Shown in pieces: positions 57,709-64,000 of a stretch of 64,000 bases of DNA. The stretch is from Candidatus Berkelbacteria bacterium (lineage in GTDB: Bacteria > Patescibacteriota > UBA1384 > 2-12-FULL-50-11): assembly GCA_016432625.1 (NCBI GenBank), contig CP066697.1:458561-522560 (forward strand), given 5' to 3'. The stretch's first letter is position 1. Each line of letters starts with the position of its first letter. A program made the translations under genes and the position numbers. Below the pieces are notes generated by a model. The model saw nothing but the letters and a program-made list of their open reading frames with translations. It searched no databases and had not been told where the DNA came from.

Positions 57709-58417
57709 ATGTGCTCCAAGGTTTGTTAAACCACTGGGTAATTTCCCGTAGTAATAGTTCTTCGATTTGCTTGGCGACTGAGTCTGGAATTTTGATTGTG
57801 TGAATTGACATAAAACTGCTCTTTCTTAAAAGCACCAGCAATTTTACTGAGTTTTTCTCTAGTTGAATACTATCGGCGATTTCCGGCGTACATGTCTCGC
57901 AGACCAGACGTCGCTCATCGTACAGCCAGGTCGCTGCTTCAGATAATTTTTTACCGCATTTTTGGCAAGCAAAGTCATTCGGGCCCAAGCCGAGTTCGTT
58001 AACGAGTTCGTTCAAAAAATAAAGCCATATCGGCGGCCATTGCCAACCCTGACTAAGTCGGGCAAACGCGTCTAAAGTAAGCTGAAATATCGCCCGCTGG
58101 CTTACATCCTCAAGAGTTACCCTTTCGACAATTTTGGAGATATGAAATGCTTTTTGCGTTAGCTCCAGCGAGTCTCGGATTGGTTCAAATGGCTCCGCGA
58201 GGACGGCGCTAGTTACACGGGGCAATTCGTCGTGATCGGTCAGCATTAATTGCGAGAGCATGAAGGTATCGAGGTGTCCCGCAAGTTTACTTGTTGGCCG
58301 ACGGACGGCTTTCACGACAACTCGCTTCTTGCCTAAATCAGGCGAGAAGATCGTCAAAATGCGATCGGTCTCGCCGATATTCTGCTTTTTCAATACTAAG
58401 CCCAGGGTTTTACGCAT
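57692..58417 (-). CDS. recO: DNA repair protein RecO
   Basis: GETDRILTIFS..GK, SKLAGHL, C4 zinc finger. Confidence 0.92.
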   Translation of the reverse strand: MRKTLGLVLKKQNIGETDRILTIFSPDLGKKRVVVKAVRRPTSKLAGHLDTFMLSQLMLTDHDELPRVTSAVLAEPFEPIRDSLELTQKAFHISKIVERVTLEDVSQRAIFQLTLDAFARLSQGWQWPPIWLYFLNELVNELGLGPNDFACQKCGKKLSEAATWLYDERRLVCETCTPEIADSIQLEKNSVKLLVLLRKSSFMSIHTIKIPDSVAKQIEELLLREITQWFNKPWSTYAGLA

Positions 58418-58432
58418 ACTGCCTAACGAAGG

Positions 58433-58633
58433 TTACTCTGCCGAGGCTGAGATGAACAGCAAAGCGCTAACACCGAGCGCGCCAGCGCCACCCCAAACGA
58501 GGTATTTAGTTAGGTCAAAGCTAGATTCGGCAATTCCAGCAGCGTTGAGTGATGGGTTAAATCCGCCGGCTAATATCGCCACCCCAACAACAGCTAGCGC
58601 GGTGGCACTTATAACTCGAGTTCTCTTGTTCAT
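58433..58633 (-). CDS. Small two-TM membrane protein
   Basis: MNKRTRVISATALAVVGVAILAGG...; start placed after the 5S terminator. Confidence 0.6.
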   Translation of the reverse strand: MNKRTRVISATALAVVGVAILAGGFNPSLNAAGIAESSFDLTKYLVWGGAGALGVSALLFISASAE

Positions 58634-58661
58634 ATACGACGATTGTAAGGCTTTTATGGCC

Positions 58662-58698
58662 AAAAGAAAAACCGCAATAATCTTGCGGTTCTTCTTTT
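58662..58698 (-). terminator. rRNA unit terminator
   Basis: AAAAGAAAAACCGCAA-TAATC-TTGCGGTTCTTCTTTT just after the 5S gene. Confidence 0.8.
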
Positions 58699-58723
58699 GG
58701 ATAATGTAGAGCTTGTGTGCTCT

Positions 58724-58844
58724 GTGTTGGCGCTGGTCTACTTTCCCGACGGCTGTTAGCCGCAAGTATCATCGATGCTGAGACGCTTAACTACTCTGTT
58801 CGGAATGGGAAGAGGTGTACCCATCTCGCTTTAAGCACCAACAC
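58724..58844 (-). rRNA. rrf: 5S rRNA
   Basis: CCCATTCCGAAC, GTTAAG, GGGAAAGTAG and paired ends. Confidence 0.95.
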
Positions 58845-59181
58845 ACAACACACAAATTCTTGTCCGAAACTCCCCACTCTTAAGTGAGGAACTTATGTGA
58901 GGACCGTCGCGCAGGCGCAGCGGGCATGGTCTGACGAAGTCAGCCGCAAGCCGAGCGGGAGCGCTGCGAATCGCTGGATTCGCAGATAGCGTGTCCGAAC
59001 ATAATGTTCCGAACGTTTTCCAAACCAAAGTTGAAGATATTTCTCACCTCAAAACCAGGTTGAGTGTAAATTCAATTCACCTATTAGTACGCCTTGGCTC
59101 AATGCGTTACCGCACTTACACCTAGCGCCTATCAACCGGGTAGTCTACCCGGGGTGTCAACGAAGATTAATCTTGAGGCCT

Positions 59182-59212
<31 letters not shown>

Positions 59213-59447
59213 AGTTCCGAACGTAGCTACTCGACATTGCCCTTGGCAGGACAGCCGATACACCAGAGGTTCGTCCGCTCCGGTCTTCTCATACTAGGAG
59301 CCGCTCCTCTCAATCTTCCACGCCTACAGCAGATTAGGACCGAACTGTCTCGCGACGTTCTGAACCCAGCTCGCGTACCCTTTTAATTGGCGAACAGCCA
59401 AACCCTTGGGACCTTCTTCAGCCCCAGGATAGGATGAGCCGACATCG

Positions 59448-59874
59448 TGTAATACTCCATGATTACGCATGGTACTGACTATATCTTTTTCCTATGCCTG
59501 CAGAGGAAAAAGATACGAGCTACCAAAGGTAGCGACATATCTTGTTCTTGCATTTAGAACTTAGGCAGAATCTGCCATATTCATTTGTTTAACATAGGAC
59601 GTGGCGTATTATTATGGTTCGTTTAAAAACCACAATCTCGTCTTTCGACTCAGTCGATACAGGGTCAATCCGCCATCCTGGCGGACGACTTCCCACGGTA
59701 TTACCCTTCACTGCATTCATTTACCACTCGCAATGAGTCGGGCTTCACCGTTATACAATGCCGTGTAACGGCATTGTAAGCCTCATCCCCACTCTACAAA
59801 AGTAGAGTCGCAATGAGACTTTTAGCCACATTTTTGTTGGTACAAGATTACTCTTGTAGCACCCCAATGTTTCA
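59448..59874 (-). mobile_element. Group I intron at LSU position 2500 (427 nt, no homing endonuclease ORF)
   Basis: Interrupts GGCACCU|CGAUGUC. P1/P10 guide ACAUUGGGGUGC, P3 AUGUGGC/GCCACGU, P4 ACGGU/ACCGU, P7 UCGACUG/UAGUCA, S element AAGAUAUAGUC. Confidence 0.93.
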
Positions 59875-59917
59875 AGGTGCCAAACTGCGCCGTCTCTGTG
59901 GACGATTGGGCGCAATC

Positions 59918-59954
<37 letters not shown>

Positions 59955-60094
59955 GCCGGCCGTCTCGTTCTGAAACCGGCTGGATCACTAACGCCTGCTT
60001 TCGCACCTGCTCGGCTTGTAGGCCTTGCAGTTAAGCTCGCTTATGGGTTTGCCCTATCGGTACGATTTCCATCCGTACCTAGCGAACCTTTGCA

Positions 60095-60140
<46 letters not shown>

Positions 60141-60376
60141 ACCTGACACTGTCTTAGATTTTTCATCCAGTAAGACTCAAAACAAGCAAAGGGTGGTGTT
60201 TCATTGTCGATCCGAAGATCTCCCACCTACGCTACACAACACAAGTTCTGAATCAATGCCAAGCTGTAGTAAAGCTCCACGGGGTCTTTCCGTCTTGCTG
60301 CAGGTAACCGGCATCTTCACCGGTAGTGTAATTTCACCGAGTCCCTCTTTGAGACAGTTTTCAAGTCGTTATGCCA

Positions 60377-60418
<42 letters not shown>

Positions 60419-61208
60419 ATAGAACGGTTATAGTTACCGCTGCCGTTCACTCGGGCTTAGATTCAAGCCTCATCAATGGATAAATCCACCGGATCAACTC
60501 TCCTCGTAACCTACGAGCACTGGGCAGGCATCAGCCCCTATACATCCCCATGAGGGTTAGCAGAGACCTAAGTTTTTGTTAAACAGTCGCTTGAAAGTCA
60601 TTTGTTGCAGCCACCATTGCTGATGGCGAGGCATATCCCTAAGTTACGCCTGCTTTTTTGCCGAGTTCCTTAAAGAGGGTTCACTCGACCACCTGAGTCT
60701 ACTCGACTCACCCACCTGTGTCGGTTTGCGGTACGGATACCTTACATAGTGATCTTGACGCTTTTCTTGCCAGACGTTCAGCCTACGGAGCATAACCAAC
60801 AGCTCTTTCAACCTACAGTCCGTGTCGCGCCAAGGTAGTTATAAGGTAGTCACGGAATATTAACCGTGTGTCCATCGAGGTCTTACCCCTTAGGACCGAC
60901 TAACCCACAGACGATCGTCGTTGCTGTGGAAACCTCGGGTTTGCGGCGGGGAAGGTTCTCACTTCCCTTTCGTTACTCATGCCAGCATTCTCACTTCGTA
61001 GCCGTCCACGGTTGCTCACGCTCCCGCTTCACCCAACTACGAACGCTCCTCTACCATTGTGCCTTGCGGCACAATCCTAAACTTCGGTACCGAGCTTAGC
61101 CCCGTTGAATTTTCCGCGCAAAAAGGCCTAGAGGTTCCCGACGCCGCCGGTCCGTTAGGACCAACATTGCCTGGAACGTAGAATCGACCAGTGAGCTATT
61201 ACGCTTTC

Positions 61209-61240
<32 letters not shown>

Positions 61241-62057
61241 TGGTTGTCTACGCCTTTCCACTTCGTTTTCCACTGAGCTCGGATTTAGGGACCTTAGTTG
61301 TAGGTCTGGGCTCTTTCCCTTTTGACCATGCAGCTTAGCCCGCACAGTCTGACTCTGATACCCGAACGGTGCGTATTCGGAGTTTGATAGGTGGTGAGAA
61401 CTTGCGTCCCCAAACACCTTTCAGTGCTCTACCCCACACCATGTAGTATCAGGCTATACCTAAATATATTTCGAGGAGAACCAGCTATCTCCGGGTTCGA
61501 TTGGAATTTTACCGCTAACCACAAGTCATCCCCCATATTTGCCACTATGGTGGGTTCGGGCCTCCCCACTCGATTTCTCGAGGGTTCACCCTGCTCATGG
61601 CTAGATCACCCGGTTTCGGGTCTACTCCCTGCCCCTAAATCGCCCTATTAAGACTCGCTTTCGCTTCGCGTCCGGACCAAAGGCCCTTACACTTGGGACA
61701 AAGATGTAACTCGCTGGCTCATTCTTCAAAAGGCACGCCGTCACATCTTGCGATGCTCCGACTCCTTGTAAGCACATAGTTTCAGGAACTATTTCACTCC
61801 CATACTCTGGGTACTTTTCACCTTTCCCTCACGGTACTTGTTCGCTATCGATGAGATTTAGTATTTAGCCTTCGGGCACGATCACCCGACCTTCCGACTG
61901 GATTGCTCGTGTCCAGTCGTACTCAGGAAAAATAACGCGGTACTTGAAGAAATTTTAAAATACGGGACTATCACCCTCTGTGGTGGTCTTTTCCAAGATC
62001 CTTCTTATAATCTCTTCACGCACCTCACTATTAAAAGTGAGTTATTTCCCTATAACC

Positions 62058-62166
62058 CTCGCTCACTGAATCCCGGACGCAAGCAGAAACAAATTTTCTA
62101 AGGCTCAACCCACATATTTTAAGGGGCCGCCTGTTTCCTACTTACGCCCAAGATTCAGCGAACGAG
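62058..62166 (-). other. Intervening sequence / expansion hairpin in 23S domain I
   Basis: 109-nt hairpin with a 29-bp uninterrupted stem including G-U pairs. Confidence 0.75.
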
Positions 62167-62665
62167 TTTAGGCTGTTCCCTTTTCGCTCGCCGCTACTGG
62201 GGGAATCGCTACTGCTTTCTTTTCCTCCGGGTACTTAGATGTTTCAGTTCCCCGGGTGCCTTCCACTGTACTTAAGTACAGGGTGCGTGAGGTTTACTCA
62301 CGCGGGTTTCCCCATTCGGAAATCGTCGGTTCATAGCTTGTTGCCAGCTCCCCGACGCTTATCGCAGGCTACCACGTCCTTCATCAGCTAAATCTCTCAA
62401 GGCATCCTCTATGTGCTCTTTCGTGAATTTACACTTTTTGGTTCTACGAATAGAACCGCGTTGCCTATCTGCACTTAGGTGCTTCCTGGCAACGTTACCT
62501 GTTTCAAAGTTGAAGAAATACCTTCAACTTTGGCTTGGAACCAATTTGTTAAATGTAAAACGCAGGGTCGAAAAAAACCGCTTATGGCGGCTCGGGCGCA
62601 GTCGGAAAAAATATCCGCTTATCTAGCCTTGGCCTCCTTGTAGTTTTTTCACCATGTACTTTTCG

Positions 62666-62695
62666 GTTTTACCACAGCTTAATATGGAGTGTCAA
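62666..62695 (-). promoter_or_regulatory. Probable promoter of the stand-alone 23S-5S unit
   Basis: TTGACA-N18-TAAAAC; boxA-like ACATTTAACAA near 62546-62556. Confidence 0.55.
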
Positions 62696-62719
62696 CACCT
62701 TAATCACCAACCCAAGCCG

Positions 62720-63157
62720 TTACTTCTTTCCGGTCGAGCCGAAACCGCCCCGCGATTTTTGGCCGAGCGCGTCGCGCGAGATTTCCTTCCATTCAATCTT
62801 CGGTAACGGCGCAATATAGCCTTGAGCCATTCTTTGATGCTTTTCAATCGAAATTGGCGTGTCGGTAAAGTTCCTGACCTGAAGAAATAGCTCATCATCC
62901 GGACCCGAGTAGTCAGAGTCAACAATGCCCACGCCGTGCGGCATATGATAGCCATGACGCGGTGAGCTGGAGCGTGGCTGTAAGATCAGAACGTAGCCCG
63001 ACGGAACGCGCATAACCAGACCAGTCCTTAGATTGGCAATCTCTCCTGGGGCTAAAGTTTTCTCCTCGATTGTTTCGAGGTCAAAACAAGCAGCGCCGGC
63101 GGTTTTATACTCGGGTAGGTGTGCCTCTGGATCAATCCGACAAATTTCAACTTCCAT
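62720..63157 (-). CDS. dut: dUTP diphosphatase
   Basis: GAACFDL, PRSS, GIVDSDY, RMAQ, RGGFGSTG. Confidence 0.96.
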   Translation of the reverse strand: MEVEICRIDPEAHLPEYKTAGAACFDLETIEEKTLAPGEIANLRTGLVMRVPSGYVLILQPRSSSPRHGYHMPHGVGIVDSDYSGPDDELFLQVRNFTDTPISIEKHQRMAQGYIAPLPKIEWKEISRDALGQKSRGGFGSTGKK

Positions 63158-63251
63158 TCCCTCATTTATACTGTCTTTTGCCGAAATCCCAAATAGCCTT
63201 GGGAGCTAATAATTACCCTTTAGGGCCAAGAAATTATCTAGGCTAGTAGTG

Positions 63252-63280
63252 TTGACTTCGAACCATATAAATGGTAAGCT
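63252..63280 (+). promoter_or_regulatory. Promoter with palindromic spacer (copy 1)
   Basis: TTGACT-tcgaACCATataaATGG-TAAGCT, 17-nt spacer. Confidence 0.75.
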
Positions 63281-63324
63281 TCCTCGACACGTCAGGATCA
63301 TTCCGAAACGTGGGGAAATCGAAC

Positions 63325-63804
63325 ATGAAATCAACGAAGCTTACACTCGTCATGGCCTTTTTGGCCCTCGTCCTTATGCTCGCTGGTTGTGCCGGCGAAG
63401 GCGTCGCGGCGACCTCTAACCAGTTCTCCGGCCGCTTCAGCGGCGACATCGTCTTTGAAGCCGGTGGTCGCGGTGGCGGTCCGTCGCTGCAGCTTTACCC
63501 TTTCACCATCAGCGACGACGGCACGCTTGCAGGAACGGCGACGTTCCAAGACGAGCAGGGCTCTCACCAAGGACCGATCACCGGGACTCTCACGCCTAGC
63601 GGCAAATTCGACCTTTCCACCAAGATGGAGGGCCTCGAGTTCACCGCCAGCGGCCAAGGCCTGCGCTGGGTCGTCGAATCGCAGACGCGCGGTGGTGGAC
63701 CGTCGCAATACGTGCTCGGCACCGTCACGGTGACGCAACGCAAAAACGACAGCCCCTACGGCCAGGTCTGGGCCAACTCCAGAGTCATGTTCTGGCAGGA
63801 GTAG
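63325..63804 (+). CDS. Lipoprotein of unknown function
   Basis: MKSTKLTLVMAFLALVLMLAG/C lipobox; beta-rich mature region. Confidence 0.85.
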   Translation: MKSTKLTLVMAFLALVLMLAGCAGEGVAATSNQFSGRFSGDIVFEAGGRGGGPSLQLYPFTISDDGTLAGTATFQDEQGSHQGPITGTLTPSGKFDLSTKMEGLEFTASGQGLRWVVESQTRGGGPSQYVLGTVTVTQRKNDSPYGQVWANSRVMFWQE

Positions 63805-63821
63805 CTACCCCGTCCGCACCC

Positions 63822-63856
63822 GAGCAGGGCGGCCCAAATTGGGCCGCCCGCTTTTT
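63822..63856 (+). terminator. Intrinsic terminator
   Basis: GGGCGGCCCA-AAT-TGGGCCGCCC followed by a T-run. Confidence 0.8.
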
Positions 63857-63881
63857 ATATAGAAAATACCCCTCAAAACCA

Positions 63882-63910
63882 TTGACTCCAAACCATATAA
63901 ATGGTAGAAT
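63882..63910 (+). promoter_or_regulatory. Promoter with palindromic spacer (copy 2)
   Basis: TTGACT-ccaaACCATataaATGG-TAGAAT, 17-nt spacer. Confidence 0.8.
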
Positions 63911-63937
63911 TCGCCTACCCAATTTGGGGTGCACACC

Positions 63938-64000
63938 ATGAAAAAAATCTGGACGCTTGTTGTTCTCTCGGCCCTGCTCCTTACCGGATGCGGTGGCAAC
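63938..64000 (+). CDS. Lipoprotein, 5' fragment (runs off window)
   Basis: MKKIWTLVVLSALLLTG/CGGN lipobox. Confidence 0.8.
   Translation, partial: MKKIWTLVVLSALLLTGCGGN

Noticed and set aside
59490-59600. Homing endonuclease inside the intron P8 extension
   Set aside because: Only about 100 nt with no ORF or LAGLIDADG/GIY-YIG motif; at most an unrecognisable remnant.

Overview
Chromosomal segment of a CPR/Patescibacteria-type bacterium (inferred from gene content and order), with most genes on the minus strand. In order it holds: a secreted-protein gene behind a long structured leader; cysS-recR-topA-dprA; a promoter-driven, ORF-free ~310-nt structured element; pepF-rplK-nusG-secE-rplU-rodA-rnhA, with no rplA after rplK; a type IV pilus cluster; five tRNAs, rpmG and rpmB; argS, tyrS, a class A PBP, radA and recJ; a dcw cluster from mraZ to ftsQ; glyQS, alr and recO; a 23S-5S rRNA unit without 16S; dut; and two tandem lipoprotein genes. 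Four observations stand out. (1) Short duplications of gene ends recur (ftsW, two minor pilins, pilC, mraZ, topA, rodA, two tRNAs). In the three best cases the copies differ only synonymously, and several are joined by a shared GAGC...GCGA tandem-GA hairpin. (2) A 427-nt group I intron at 23S position 2500 has a guide sequence implying a terminal A instead of the canonical G. (3) L1-stalk helix H78 is reduced to a UUCG stub, matching the missing rplA. (4) Several large structured non-coding elements have no recognisable family. All structures were paired by eye; no searches were run.
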